A stretch of 64,000 nt of DNA, from the IMG/VR virus record IMGVR_UViG_2974594805_000001, positions 1 through 64,000 of that record. The stretch is one strand, 5' to 3'. Within the stretch, counting starts at the first letter, position 1, and the number at the start of each line of letters is the position of its first letter. The notes beneath the pieces were generated by a model. It made no database searches. It was not told the DNA's origin and saw only the letters and a list, made by a program, of their open reading frames with translations. This DNA is from a virus (lineage: Duplodnaviria > Caudoviricetes). The position numbers were made by a program, and so were the translations under genes. This document shows, in pieces, positions 27,724 through 37,818 of the stretch.

Positions 27724-27863
27724 CCATCATCGCCATCACTTCGACCGTTACCTTCGGTCTGGTGATTTGCGGCCTCATTATGCAGGCCATCAACTACGTT
27801 CGCATCAGCAAATACGAACGTGAAATCAAAGGACTGATCAATGATCTTCGTCTTCGGAAGTAA
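27720..27863 (+). CDS. 47-aa single-TM protein
   Basis: TTG overlapping the previous stop; TM plus basic tail; below the track cutoff. Confidence 0.4.
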   Translation: MTIIAITSTVTFGLVICGLIMQAINYVRISKYEREIKGLINDLRLRK

Positions 27864-28257
27864 CAAAGCAGGCATCCACGGTGCGGGTGCTGCAAAATAT
27901 GCACTCGAACATGAGGGTGCAGTGATGGGTATTGGTGAGGGTATCGTTGGCAACAGCTATGCTCTCCCAACCAAAGGACACAAGATCGAATTCATCCCAC
28001 TCAGTGAGGTGGAACATTCGGTCACACGGTTCATCGAAGTCGCTGAATACTGGGCATTACGCGGGGGCGAGTTCAAAGTGACGCAGGTAGGGTGTGGTCT
28101 TGGTGGTTTCACCAAAGAACAGATCGCACCGCTGTTCAAACCAGCACCTGACAACTGTTACTTTGATGAGGAATGGAGACCGATCCTCGGAGACCGCTTC
28201 AAATACTGGGGAACTGTACCCAGTGACCCGCGTCTCAATACGAGATCGGTATTGTGA
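27841..28257 (+). CDS. Macro-domain-like phage protein
   Basis: IFVFGSN..G.HGAGAA, G.SYALPTK, VTQVGCGLGG; resembles macrodomain loops. Confidence 0.6.
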   Translation: MIFVFGSNKAGIHGAGAAKYALEHEGAVMGIGEGIVGNSYALPTKGHKIEFIPLSEVEHSVTRFIEVAEYWALRGGEFKVTQVGCGLGGFTKEQIAPLFKPAPDNCYFDEEWRPILGDRFKYWGTVPSDPRLNTRSVL

Positions 28258-28260
28258 TGC

Positions 28261-28554
28261 ATGGCGAATTTTACTCGGAAGTTCGAGTCACCATCCGGTG
28301 ACTACAACAACGGGTACATCTCTAAGGTCTTGGAGCCGCAACACAAAGACCAAGAAGTACACGTCACCAGAGGTATCATCCAAGTCGATGTGCTATCTGG
28401 AGAAGTGAGTTTAGAGGGGCGTCTTCATCGAGATGCCCCTTGGGTTCCTCTCAAAACATGGACTCAGCCAGCCATGGAAGAGGTGGTTCTAGCGAATCAG
28501 CTTCGAATTGTGGTATCAGAATCAGCACACGCATGGCTAGGAGAAGTCCGATGA
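28261..28554 (+). CDS. Hypothetical protein
   Basis: 97 aa. Confidence 0.6.
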   Translation: MANFTRKFESPSGDYNNGYISKVLEPQHKDQEVHVTRGIIQVDVLSGEVSLEGRLHRDAPWVPLKTWTQPAMEEVVLANQLRIVVSESAHAWLGEVR

Positions 28555-28700
28555 TGAGTAGAATGCTCTCACCGATGACCGGAAGGATGTTTCATCCTAT
28601 GGTTGGTTCGCGGTATGAGGGCATTGAGTTCACTCCCGAACTCATCAAACTGCTCGTGCTCGGACGACTGAGACGGGCTTATGAAAGGAACGTGCTATGA
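28551..28700 (+). CDS. Hypothetical protein
   Basis: ATGA overlap, AGGAG RBS, 49 aa. Confidence 0.5.
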   Translation: MMSRMLSPMTGRMFHPMVGSRYEGIEFTPELIKLLVLGRLRRAYERNVL

Positions 28701-28846
28701 CTTGGCGTGACTTTATTCTGGGTCTTGTCCGGACCCGGATCATCAACAATGTGACTGAGGCTGTCCTCACTGACATTGACACCAACGGTCTGAGTGCTGC
28801 TGATGATGCCATCATTGATGCTTATCTGCTGACCACGAAGCCGTAA
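28697..28846 (+). CDS. Hypothetical protein (49 aa, MTWRDFILGL...)
   Basis: ATGA overlap, AAGGA RBS; below the track cutoff. Confidence 0.45.
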   Translation: MTWRDFILGLVRTRIINNVTEAVLTDIDTNGLSAADDAIIDAYLLTTKP

Positions 28847-28894
28847 GGCAACAGTCCCTCGGCCTCGGTCGGGGGACACAACAAGGAGTTTCAC

Positions 28895-29266
28895 ATGCAA
28901 GTGGAAACCAAAGAACAAACCCTGTCTGAACAAGAAACAGGGTGGAGATGGTGGCTCTTCAACAAGTTCGGGCCTCCAGAACTTCGTAACCTCGTGAACT
29001 ATATCAAGGACTTGACCGATGATGGTGCAGATCCTTTGATGATGTATCGCGGTGGTACATACCAATTCCACACTCGTGTGGCAGAGGGACAACAACCCTC
29101 AGAACCCTTCATCTTCCGGACCGAAGAAGAAAGATACTGCTTCGGTGTGGGGTTGAACTATGGTGTTCAGATTTGTGGCGGTCAGGCTCATGCCATGTCC
29201 GAAGAGCAGTTCGAAGAATTCAACGAGATGAAGAAAAAAGCCACTCACGGTGGTGGTAACGCTTGA
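28895..29266 (+). CDS. Hypothetical protein
   Basis: 123 aa, AAGGAG RBS. Confidence 0.7.
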   Translation: MQVETKEQTLSEQETGWRWWLFNKFGPPELRNLVNYIKDLTDDGADPLMMYRGGTYQFHTRVAEGQQPSEPFIFRTEEERYCFGVGLNYGVQICGGQAHAMSEEQFEEFNEMKKKATHGGGNA

Positions 29267-29329
29267 TCCAGCTACAAGATCTTGGTACTCACCAAAATTC
29301 TGACAATCATCAAAACCAAGAGGCTTGCT

Positions 29330-31696
29330 ATGGGTGAAGCACACTTTGACCAACCCATATCCGAGCAGATTTGGAACCAGAAGTACCGTTTTCAAACGGA
29401 TCGTGAAGGTTTCGAATCTGATAAGGATGTGGTCGATACATGGGGTCGTATTGCAGGAGCAACAGCAAACGTTCCACGTCTCCATAACCAACCTGATGTC
29501 ATCGCAGAGATGGAACAACAGTTCTTCAATGCTCTGTATGGCTTCAAGTTTCTTCCCGCTGGTCGGATCAACTCCGGTGCTGGGACGGAACGCAACGTGA
29601 CTCTCTTCAACTGTTACGTCATGGGTACAATCCCTGACAGTCTTGCAGGGATCTTTGATCACCTGAAAGAAGCAGCACTGACGATGCAGCAAGGTGGTGG
29701 CATTGGCTACGACTTCTCGACGCTGCGTCCTATGGGAGCACCTGTCAGGGGCGTGGAGAGCTTCTCCAGTGGCCCTATCTCCTTCATGGATGTCTGGAAC
29801 TGGATGTGTAAGACCATTGAGTCAGCAGGCAATCGTCGTGGAGCTATGATGGCAACAATGCACTGTGAGCATCCTGACATCAAAAACTTCATCACAGCCA
29901 AGCAGGATCCTACACGTCTCCGGCACTTTAATGTGTCTGTGTTGGTGACTGATGCCTTCATGGAAGCTGTGAAGAACGACGATGACTGGACACTTCACTT
30001 CAAAGGTGAAGTCTACGAGATCGTCAAGGCTCGTGAACTGTGGGACATGATCCTCCAGTCCACCTATGACTACGCTGAGCCGGGTGTGATCTTCATCGAC
30101 CGGATCAACAAGCAGAACAATCTGTGGTTCCTCGAAGAGATTCGAGCCACGAATCCCTGTGGTGAGCAACCTCTGCCACCGTATGGTGCTTGTCTGCTTG
30201 GTTCGATCAACCTGCCACGGTTTGTGTTCAGTCCTTTCACTCAACAGGCTCAGACTGACTGGCAAGAGATGGAAAAGACTGTACGTACAGCCGTGCGGAT
30301 GCTCGACTGTGTGATCGACACGTCCAATTTCCCTCTCGAAGAACAGCGTAAAGAGGCTTTCTACAAGCGTCGTCAAGGTCTGGGTGTCACTGGTGTGGCA
30401 GACATGCTGTTCATGCTGGGGATGAAGTATGGTTCCGGTGAAGCTGTGGCCTTCATGGATCGTCTCATGAAGAACATCGCTATCTGGGCCTACGAAGAGT
30501 CCATTGAGATGGCCAAGGAATGGGGTCCAGCACCTTTCGCTGAAGACCATGAGAACCGTGCCAAGCTCTTGCAGTCTCACATGTTCCAGATTCTGCCTGA
30601 ACACATTGGCGAAGCCATGATGAAGTACGGTATCCGGAACTCTCACCTGCTGAGTATCGCTCCGACTGGGACGATCTCCATGTACGGTGGGAACGTAAGC
30701 TCCGGTATCGAGCCTATCTTCTTCCCAGAGTACAGCCGAAACATCACCAATGCAGATGGAACCAAACGCACAGAGAAGGTCATGACTTACTGTGTTCACA
30801 AGTTCCACGAGCACTTTGACAACAAAGAACCATTCAATGGTGATGCCAAAGACTGGTGGTGGAGTCAGTACATGGTGACTGCACAGGATCTCGATCCAGC
30901 ACACCACATCCACATGCAGGGTGCAGCACAGAAGTGGATTGACTCGTCGATCTCCAAGACTGTGAACATCCCTGTGGATTACAGCTTTGATGACTTCAAA
31001 GCCGTGTACGAACTGGCCTATGACAAAGGCTGCAAGGGCTGCACAACCTATCGTCCGAACGACGTGACAGGATCCATTCTCTTCATTGAAGAAGAGGAAA
31101 CCAAAGAAGATCCTGAAGTTCTCGTCGATGAGGAATACGATGGGGACATGCGAGTCATGGCACGTCCTGCTGTCATGGATGGTTCGACCTACAAAATCCG
31201 TTGGGGTTCAGACAGTTACTACGTCACCTTCAACAACACGATTGATCCAGAACATGACTGGTTCATGCCATTCGAGATCTTCATCAACAGCAAGACTGTC
31301 GAACACCACCAGTGGACGGCTGCCTTGACCCGTATGATCAGTGCCGTGTTCCAACGCGGTGGTGACGTGCGATTCGTTGCTGAAGAACTCAAGCAGATCC
31401 ACGACCCTAAAGGGGGTCAGTGGCAGGAAGGTCGTTACTGGCCTTCTTTGGTTGCTCTGATCGGTCAGAAGCTGTCAGAGCACCTCGACGTAATCGGGTA
31501 TCAATCGACCCCCGAAGAGAGTGATGATGAGTTCGATCCAAATGCTATGGACGTTCGCATCTATCATGGAGAGCCAACAGAGCAGTCGCCCGGTCAGTCA
31601 GTCCCTGACCAATGCCCTAGCTGCAAAGGCTTTAACATGGTCACTGTCTCAGGATGCCCGACATGTCAGGACTGTGGCTACAGCAAATGTGGCTGA
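29330..31696 (+). CDS. nrdJ: Class II (B12-dependent) ribonucleotide reductase with C-terminal TSCPD-like domain and Zn ribbon
   Basis: FLPAGRI, TLFNCYV, GGGIG.DFS.LRP, NRRGAMM, ATNPCGEQPL, IAPTGTIS, QKWIDSSISKT, KGCT.YR; C-terminal CPSC...CPTCQDCGYSKC; no NrdB gene nearby. Confidence 0.92.
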   Translation: MGEAHFDQPISEQIWNQKYRFQTDREGFESDKDVVDTWGRIAGATANVPRLHNQPDVIAEMEQQFFNALYGFKFLPAGRINSGAGTERNVTLFNCYVMGTIPDSLAGIFDHLKEAALTMQQGGGIGYDFSTLRPMGAPVRGVESFSSGPISFMDVWNWMCKTIESAGNRRGAMMATMHCEHPDIKNFITAKQDPTRLRHFNVSVLVTDAFMEAVKNDDDWTLHFKGEVYEIVKARELWDMILQSTYDYAEPGVIFIDRINKQNNLWFLEEIRATNPCGEQPLPPYGACLLGSINLPRFVFSPFTQQAQTDWQEMEKTVRTAVRMLDCVIDTSNFPLEEQRKEAFYKRRQGLGVTGVADMLFMLGMKYGSGEAVAFMDRLMKNIAIWAYEESIEMAKEWGPAPFAEDHENRAKLLQSHMFQILPEHIGEAMMKYGIRNSHLLSIAPTGTISMYGGNVSSGIEPIFFPEYSRNITNADGTKRTEKVMTYCVHKFHEHFDNKEPFNGDAKDWWWSQYMVTAQDLDPAHHIHMQGAAQKWIDSSISKTVNIPVDYSFDDFKAVYELAYDKGCKGCTTYRPNDVTGSILFIEEEETKEDPEVLVDEEYDGDMRVMARPAVMDGSTYKIRWGSDSYYVTFNNTIDPEHDWFMPFEIFINSKTVEHHQWTAALTRMISAVFQRGGDVRFVAEELKQIHDPKGGQWQEGRYWPSLVALIGQKLSEHLDVIGYQSTPEESDDEFDPNAMDVRIYHGEPTEQSPGQSVPDQCPSCKGFNMVTVSGCPTCQDCGYSKCG

Positions 31697-31950
31697 TCTA
31701 AACCTCTGGGTGCTCGGCTATGGAAACACCGAGCGGCGTAGAACGATTGGAGCTTAGCGGCCCTCTCAGTCGAACGGAGATATGTGTATCTTCGCCCGGT
31801 CCAGTTTAGGGCATGGTTCGTGTCTAGTATAGCTCCTTATCGGTGCTACCACGAGCCTACTGATCAGGTGTCCTGTTTCCCCCTCGTGGTCATCCATATG
31901 GATTCATGACCCAGTGGCCCTTGGGGGAGACGAACACCTTGGAGAAAAAC
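31697..31950 (+). ncRNA. Structured intergenic element, candidate ncRNA or cis-regulatory RNA
   Basis: Four consecutive stem-loops, one with several nested helices; no credible ORF; not a tRNA. Confidence 0.3.
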
Positions 31951-31951
31951 C

Positions 31952-32326
31952 ATGATAGAAATCAGCTACGACAATGTGATGAATTGTCTAAACAAAGGCT
32001 GGCACTCGACATCCATTTGTCCAACCAACCAATCAACTGACTGGCTTTTCCAGAGAGCAATAGACCTGTGGTACATCAAAGGTTGGAGCACTGTGAAAAG
32101 ATCAGAAAGATCAATTGAGTATGGGATTACCGTAAACCCCACACTCACCATCAGATTCAAAGCCATCGACAATATGATTCACTCTAATTGGCGTGGTTTT
32201 CGTGGGGTGTATCTTGTACATCCCGACTTCTTTAATGGGAGATTTCCCATAGACGGAGAGAAGCAACAGTTTCTCGACGAGATTGACATGCACAACGAAA
32301 GGTATCTCGAAGAATGGCAAGCCTAA
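31952..32326 (+). CDS. Hypothetical protein
   Basis: 124 aa, GGAG RBS. Confidence 0.65.
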   Translation: MIEISYDNVMNCLNKGWHSTSICPTNQSTDWLFQRAIDLWYIKGWSTVKRSERSIEYGITVNPTLTIRFKAIDNMIHSNWRGFRGVYLVHPDFFNGRFPIDGEKQQFLDEIDMHNERYLEEWQA

Positions 32327-33591
32327 ACCAAGATCAACGAGATGCTTTTGCAGACGTTCTGAACTTCATCAATGACCCGACACGCAAATATCACCGGGTC
32401 TCCGGTGGTGCAGGTGTCGGCAAGAGCTTCTTCATCTCCAAGATCGAGCAAGACATCCTGAAGCATCAGGGTCCAAATGCTGGTCTTCGATATGTGGCAG
32501 TCACAGCCACCACAAACAAAGCAGCAGCGGTGTTGAAGAACACCATGCAGCACAAACGTTCTGAGATCTGCACGATCTACAGCTACATGAATCTCCGGGT
32601 TCACAATGACTATCAGACCGGTGATCAGAAGGTTGTCCCCACTGCCAAGTGGGAGATCCATACCAAGACTCTGATCATCGTGGATGAAGCGTCGATGGTG
32701 AACCGTTCCCTGTTCGATTACATCGAGAAGGGTACAGATTCGACCTGTAAGATCCTGTTTGTTGGTGACAAAAACCAACTGGCTCCAGTACGGGAACACA
32801 TTTCTCCTGTCTATTCAAACTCTTACACTGAGTCTCAGCTACTCACGCCAGTAAGACAGTCTGGACAGCAAGCACTGATGGACCTCGCTGACATGGCGAA
32901 AGACACAGTGCTCACCGGGAAGTTCCACAAGATCAAAGAGGTTCCGGGGGTAATTGACTTCATCGACGGTCCGACTATGAAAGGCATCTTGGAACGTGAG
33001 TATCACACTGAGGATCCTTCCAAGCGTGTGCTCTGCTACACCAACGCCAAGGTGATCGGATACAATGAGTACATCCGACAGCTTCGTGGGTACGAAGAAC
33101 CCTATGCAGTGGGAGAGATGCTGACCAATAACTCGGCAGCAGAACTCGTGGATAAGACACGGCTCTACACTGACCAAGTGGTTGAAGTCCTTTCGAAATC
33201 TCCTCTCCGTGTGGACACTGACTGGGTTCCCGGAGAGGAACTCGAAATGTACGATCTAGAGGTTCGTGATCCTGAGACTTTCGCCATCTATGATGTGTCA
33301 GTCACAGCAGATCCTGAAGATCGTGCAGAGGTTCTGAAGTATTGGAAGTCCCGGAAGAAGTGGGATCGGTTCTTCAAGTTCCGTGACAACATCCCAGACC
33401 TTCGCTCCGTGGCTTCGTCAACGACTCACAAGGCACAGGGTTCTACCTATGACTCTGTGATCGTTGACCTCGCAGACATCGGTAAGAGCACCAACGCTGA
33501 GCAGACAGCACGTCTTCAGTATGTGGCTCTCACCAGACCCAAAGAACGTCTCTACATCCGTGGAGAACTGCCAGAGAGGTATTTCGAATGA
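32314..33591 (+). CDS. SF1B DNA helicase (Dda/RecD-like, N4 gp37-like)
   Basis: GGAGVGKS, ATTNKAA, IIVDEASM, VGDKNQL, TTHKAQGSTY, YVALTR. Confidence 0.93.
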   Translation: MASLNQDQRDAFADVLNFINDPTRKYHRVSGGAGVGKSFFISKIEQDILKHQGPNAGLRYVAVTATTNKAAAVLKNTMQHKRSEICTIYSYMNLRVHNDYQTGDQKVVPTAKWEIHTKTLIIVDEASMVNRSLFDYIEKGTDSTCKILFVGDKNQLAPVREHISPVYSNSYTESQLLTPVRQSGQQALMDLADMAKDTVLTGKFHKIKEVPGVIDFIDGPTMKGILEREYHTEDPSKRVLCYTNAKVIGYNEYIRQLRGYEEPYAVGEMLTNNSAAELVDKTRLYTDQVVEVLSKSPLRVDTDWVPGEELEMYDLEVRDPETFAIYDVSVTADPEDRAEVLKYWKSRKKWDRFFKFRDNIPDLRSVASSTTHKAQGSTYDSVIVDLADIGKSTNAEQTARLQYVALTRPKERLYIRGELPERYFE

Positions 33592-33896
33592 GCAACATGG
33601 AATTCTTTATCGGTCGTTTCGAAGAGATCGACCGTGACGAAATCAACATCGAACCAGAAGACACAGATGACTTCTACGAAGAAGAAGAACGCCTCGGCTA
33701 TCACATTGTGAAAGTCGAAGGAAAGCTCTTCAAATTCTGGGGCATCGCTGAGCTTGATGAGTTTGGTTTCAACACCACAATTCCTCAGCAAGATGGTCCC
33801 TTGGTCGTGTGCTACTGGTACAACGGTGGGGCTGGTCTTCATGAGGTTGTCGAAGCAGCCATTAAGGAGACGCTCAATGCTGGTAAAGGAAGCTGA
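33588..33896 (+). CDS. Acidic hypothetical protein
   Basis: 102 aa, ATGA overlap. Confidence 0.7.
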   Translation: MSNMEFFIGRFEEIDRDEINIEPEDTDDFYEEEERLGYHIVKVEGKLFKFWGIAELDEFGFNTTIPQQDGPLVVCYWYNGGAGLHEVVEAAIKETLNAGKGS

Positions 33897-34206
33897 CAGC
33901 TACACTGTCCGAATCTGGATCGCTGGAAACTACGCCAGAGCCGAAGAGATCTGCCGTGAGTTCTGTGAACAAGGCATGTGTGTCTCCATCTGTCCGATGA
34001 ACTACATCTACACAGGTGGAGAAGAGAGTGGCGTCTGCGTCACTCTCATCAACTATGCTCGGTTCCCAAAACCACAGGAAGACATCGACATTCTTGCGGA
34101 AAACCTTGCAGAGAGACTGCGAATCGGTTTACACCAGCAGTCCTTCACCATTGAAGATCCAGATCGAACGAGATTCTTCTCGGTGAGGCCAGAAGACACG
34201 GGGTAA
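33877..34206 (+). CDS. Hypothetical phage protein
   Basis: ATG at 33877 behind AAGGAG; 109 aa; YIYTGGEESG...INYARFP. Confidence 0.7.
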   Translation: MLVKEADSYTVRIWIAGNYARAEEICREFCEQGMCVSICPMNYIYTGGEESGVCVTLINYARFPKPQEDIDILAENLAERLRIGLHQQSFTIEDPDRTRFFSVRPEDTG

Positions 34207-34210
34207 CATC

Positions 34211-36826
34211 ATGAAGTACGAGATCATTGGTAAGGGCGGTCCTGCCCGTATTGCTATCTTGGTTCCACGAATCCAAGTCGCTGAAGTCAAGAAGCATTAC
34301 ATGCCAGTTCTCGAAACCCTGAATGAAGAGGTGATGATCTGTGATCTGTTCATGGATCGAACCAAGAAGAAGACATCGCAGAAAGACATCAAGGAATACC
34401 TTGCAGATCTGCTGCCGAATCTCACAAATTCAGGGATCGAGTTCCTGATTGTGACGCAACCGGACTACTTCAAAGTCCTGACAAAGCAGGGGAAAACCGA
34501 TGCAAACATTGGTGACATCTTTGATGCGGAAGCTGGGTTCAAAGCAACCTACTGCCCCAACTACTCCCGTATTTTCTACGACCCGGAGAAAACCAAAGGA
34601 AAGATTGACCAATCTCTCCAAGCCGTTGCCAGCTTCTACGCCGGATCCCACAAGAAAGTCGGTTCTGACATCATTAAGACCGCGCTTTACCCTGCTGCCA
34701 CAGCCGACAAACTCTGGTGGCTCGAACAACTGATCACAATGGATGTGGATCTGACCTGTGACATCGAAGGCTTCGATCTGAAGCACTACGATGCAGGGAT
34801 CGGAACCATCACATTCTGTTGGAATCAGCATGAAGGTGTGGCTTTTGAGATTGATTGCTGCTCGACCAAAAAGGAAAACGTCATCCTTCGAGCAGCACTG
34901 AAGAAGTTCTTCAAGGACTTCAAACGTCGAATGATCTACCACAACGTATCATATGATGCGTATGTTCTGATCTATCAGTTGTTCATGGATCATATCCTTG
35001 ATCAAGAAGGTCTCTTGGAGGGACTAGAGGTGATGCTGAAGAACTGGGAATGCACCCAGTTGATCACTTACCTCGCCACAAATTCCTGTGCTGGCAATGA
35101 GTTAGGTCTCAAAGCTCAAGCACAGGAGTTTGCTGGAAACTATGCAGTGGAAGAGATCCACGACATCACTCAGATCGAACTGAGAGATCTGCTGGAATAT
35201 AATCTCGTTGATGGTTTGAGCACTTGGTATGTCTACAACAAGCATTGGCAGACCATGCTCGACGATAAGCAATGGGATATCTACCAGCGATTCAAAGAGT
35301 GGACCGTGGACATCATCCAGATGCAGCTAACCGGTCTGCCTGTGAACATGGATAAGGTGGTTGCTCTCAACAAGCAGCTTAACCAAGAGTCCGACAGGTG
35401 TGTTCGTCGCATGATGCAGACCCAGATTGCCCAAGGCTTCCTGTACCAACTGGAAGAAGAGGCACTGGAGAAGAAGAATGCAAAACTCAAAACGAAACAG
35501 GTATCGAGATCTGACCTCGGAAAAACAAAAGATCTGGTGGTCGAATTCAACCCCGGATCCGCAGTACAGTTGCAACGGTTACTCTATGCTCCTGAGTTTC
35601 TTGGGCTTCCTGTTCTTGATACTACCGATTCTGGACTACCTTCTACTGGGGCAGACACTCTTGAGAAACTTCTCAAGCAGTCCATAAGCGAAGAGACCAA
35701 GGGATTCCTTGAGATCCTGCTGGAGTTCAAAGCCTCAGCCATCATCATCAACACGTTCCTGCCAGCCTTCCTGAAGGCCAAGCAAGGACCAGATGGTTGG
35801 CATTACCTGTTCGGTAACTTTCGACTGGGTGGGACTCTCAGTGGTCGTCTGTCTTCCAACAATCCGAATCTTCAGAACATTCCATCCTCTGCTGGTGGAC
35901 CGCTGAAGAGCAGACTTGCCAAGCTGGTCAAAGAATGCTTTGAAGCTCCTCCCGGATGGTTGTTTGTTGGTTTGGACTTTGATTCGCTTGAGGACCGTAT
36001 CTCAGCCCTGACAACCAAGGATCCTGAGAAGCTGAAGGTCTACACCGACGGCTATGATGGTCACTCACTCAGGGCTTACGGGTACTTCGGAGATCAGATG
36101 CCAGACATCGACCCCTCTTCTGTGGATTCGATCAACAGCATCGCAAAGAAGTACAAACCACTGAGACAGGAATCGAAGGCTCCGACCTTTGCCCTGACGT
36201 ATCAAGGTACGTTCCACACGTTGATGAACAACTGTGGTTTCAGCAAAGAGAAAGCTCAGATGGTGGAGAGCAAATACCGTAAGATGTATGCGGTCTCCAT
36301 CGAGTATGTGGACAACAAACTGGAGGAAGCCACACAGACAGGCTACGTCACTGTAGCGTTTGGGTTGCGTGTTCGGACTCCCTTGCTTGCACAGACTATC
36401 CTTGGCACGGGTAAGACCCCCAAGGAAGCCGCAGCAGAGGGCAGGACGGCAGGTAATGCCATGGGTCAGTCGTACTGTATGCTCAACAACAGAGCCGCTG
36501 CTGCCTTCATGAAGAAGGTGAGAGCCTCGAAGCATAGACTGGACATCAAACCATGTGCTCACATCCATGACGCTCAGTATTATCTGGTCAGAGATGATGG
36601 TTTCGAACCACTCATCTACATGAACAAGCATCTCCCTGAAGAAGTAGCTTGGCAGGATGACCCAGAAATCTGGCATGACGAAGTGAAACTGTCTGGTAGT
36701 GTGGAGATCTTCTGGCCCAATTGGAACCATGGTTTCGATATCCCTAATGGGGCTGGGCAGTTCACAATCGTAGACAAGATCATTGAGCATAAAGAAAAGC
36801 TCAGAAAAGAAGGGGTAATCCAATGA
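34211..36826 (+). CDS. polA: Family A DNA polymerase (N4 gp39-like)
   Basis: Exonuclease CDIEG, YHNVSYD; GRLSSNNPNLQNIP, LDFDSLEDR, RQESKAPTFALTYQG, HIHDAQY. Confidence 0.95.
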   Translation: MKYEIIGKGGPARIAILVPRIQVAEVKKHYMPVLETLNEEVMICDLFMDRTKKKTSQKDIKEYLADLLPNLTNSGIEFLIVTQPDYFKVLTKQGKTDANIGDIFDAEAGFKATYCPNYSRIFYDPEKTKGKIDQSLQAVASFYAGSHKKVGSDIIKTALYPAATADKLWWLEQLITMDVDLTCDIEGFDLKHYDAGIGTITFCWNQHEGVAFEIDCCSTKKENVILRAALKKFFKDFKRRMIYHNVSYDAYVLIYQLFMDHILDQEGLLEGLEVMLKNWECTQLITYLATNSCAGNELGLKAQAQEFAGNYAVEEIHDITQIELRDLLEYNLVDGLSTWYVYNKHWQTMLDDKQWDIYQRFKEWTVDIIQMQLTGLPVNMDKVVALNKQLNQESDRCVRRMMQTQIAQGFLYQLEEEALEKKNAKLKTKQVSRSDLGKTKDLVVEFNPGSAVQLQRLLYAPEFLGLPVLDTTDSGLPSTGADTLEKLLKQSISEETKGFLEILLEFKASAIIINTFLPAFLKAKQGPDGWHYLFGNFRLGGTLSGRLSSNNPNLQNIPSSAGGPLKSRLAKLVKECFEAPPGWLFVGLDFDSLEDRISALTTKDPEKLKVYTDGYDGHSLRAYGYFGDQMPDIDPSSVDSINSIAKKYKPLRQESKAPTFALTYQGTFHTLMNNCGFSKEKAQMVESKYRKMYAVSIEYVDNKLEEATQTGYVTVAFGLRVRTPLLAQTILGTGKTPKEAAAEGRTAGNAMGQSYCMLNNRAAAAFMKKVRASKHRLDIKPCAHIHDAQYYLVRDDGFEPLIYMNKHLPEEVAWQDDPEIWHDEVKLSGSVEIFWPNWNHGFDIPNGAGQFTIVDKIIEHKEKLRKEGVIQ

Positions 36827-37818
36827 AAAAGATAACGAACCAGCACCACATTGATTTGCCCATTGCTGTCTGGCTTCTCCAGAACGGCTACAACAGCGGT
36901 GCTGCTGATGCTCCAGAGGGTGAACTGATCTCAGTCACCACTCTGATGAAACCTACCCGTAGGCTCATTCTAGAGCGTCAGGTGGACTACGACAAAGAAG
37001 TGATGGATGTCAGTGATCTGACAGCCTCACGCATGGGACATGCCCTTCACGACTCCGTAGAGAGGGCTTGGACCGAGGGCGACTGGGAGGAGGCGATGCG
37101 GCGTCTCCATTATCCACAGTCAGTGATTGACCGGGTTAAGATCAATCCAGATCCCTCGCTGATCGGTGAGGATGATATACCCATTTACCTTGAGCAGCGC
37201 CGGTTCAAGGAAGTTGGAGGAATCATTCTCACCGGTCAGATGGATTTCGGCATCAACGGTGCATACCGTGATGTGAAGAGCACCTCGACTTTCAGCTACA
37301 CCAGTGGCTCGAAAGATCAGGATTACATCCTGCAAGGCTCTTTGTATCGTTACATCATGCCAGAACTCATCTGGCAGGATAAGATGAGAATCGAATTCAT
37401 CTTCACTGACTGGGCCAAGTATCGAGCCAAAGTGGATCCCAATTATCCACAGGCTCGTGTGGCTCACAAAGAGTATCCTCTGATGTCTATCGAGGACACT
37501 GAAGCGTGGGTTCTGGATAAGATCCGGGACATCAAAAAGAACGCTAAGCATGTGAAAAACCAAGACAAAATGGTTCGTTGTAATGACAAAGAACTGTGGC
37601 GTCAGGAAGACACATACAAGTATTACGCCAACCCTGAGACTGCCAAGAAAGGTGGTCGTGCAACGAAGAGCTTTGATAAGCTCGCAGATGCTCAGCTTGA
37701 AATGAACAAGCGAGGGAAAGGCACCATCGTCACCGTACCGGGTGAGGTCAAAGCATGTGAGTATTGCCCTGCTTTCCCGGTTTGTGAACAACGCAAGGAG
37801 TATTTCCCAGATGACTGA
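36823..37818 (+). CDS. PD-(D/E)XK exonuclease (N4 gp42-like)
   Basis: SRMGHALHD, LTGQMD...RDVKSTS, Q.SLY, C-terminal CEYC...C cluster. Confidence 0.8.
   Translation: MKKITNQHHIDLPIAVWLLQNGYNSGAADAPEGELISVTTLMKPTRRLILERQVDYDKEVMDVSDLTASRMGHALHDSVERAWTEGDWEEAMRRLHYPQSVIDRVKINPDPSLIGEDDIPIYLEQRRFKEVGGIILTGQMDFGINGAYRDVKSTSTFSYTSGSKDQDYILQGSLYRYIMPELIWQDKMRIEFIFTDWAKYRAKVDPNYPQARVAHKEYPLMSIEDTEAWVLDKIRDIKKNAKHVKNQDKMVRCNDKELWRQEDTYKYYANPETAKKGGRATKSFDKLADAQLEMNKRGKGTIVTVPGEVKACEYCPAFPVCEQRKEYFPDD

Noticed and set aside
31861-31940. GCCACTGGG...GGGAA on the minus strand resembling a cobalamin-riboswitch element near the B12-dependent RNR
   Set aside because: Wrong strand and downstream of nrdJ; the conserved riboswitch core is absent.
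31697-31950. Possible tRNA, hammerhead or pistol ribozyme
   Set aside because: No cloverleaf with proper T-arm and acceptor stem; CTGATCA is not CUGANGA; no pistol pseudoknot pairing. No tRNA was recognised anywhere in the window.
29330-36826. Inteins or introns in nrdJ, helicase or polA
   Set aside because: Lengths are ordinary, the frames are continuous, and no splicing or LAGLIDADG motifs were seen.
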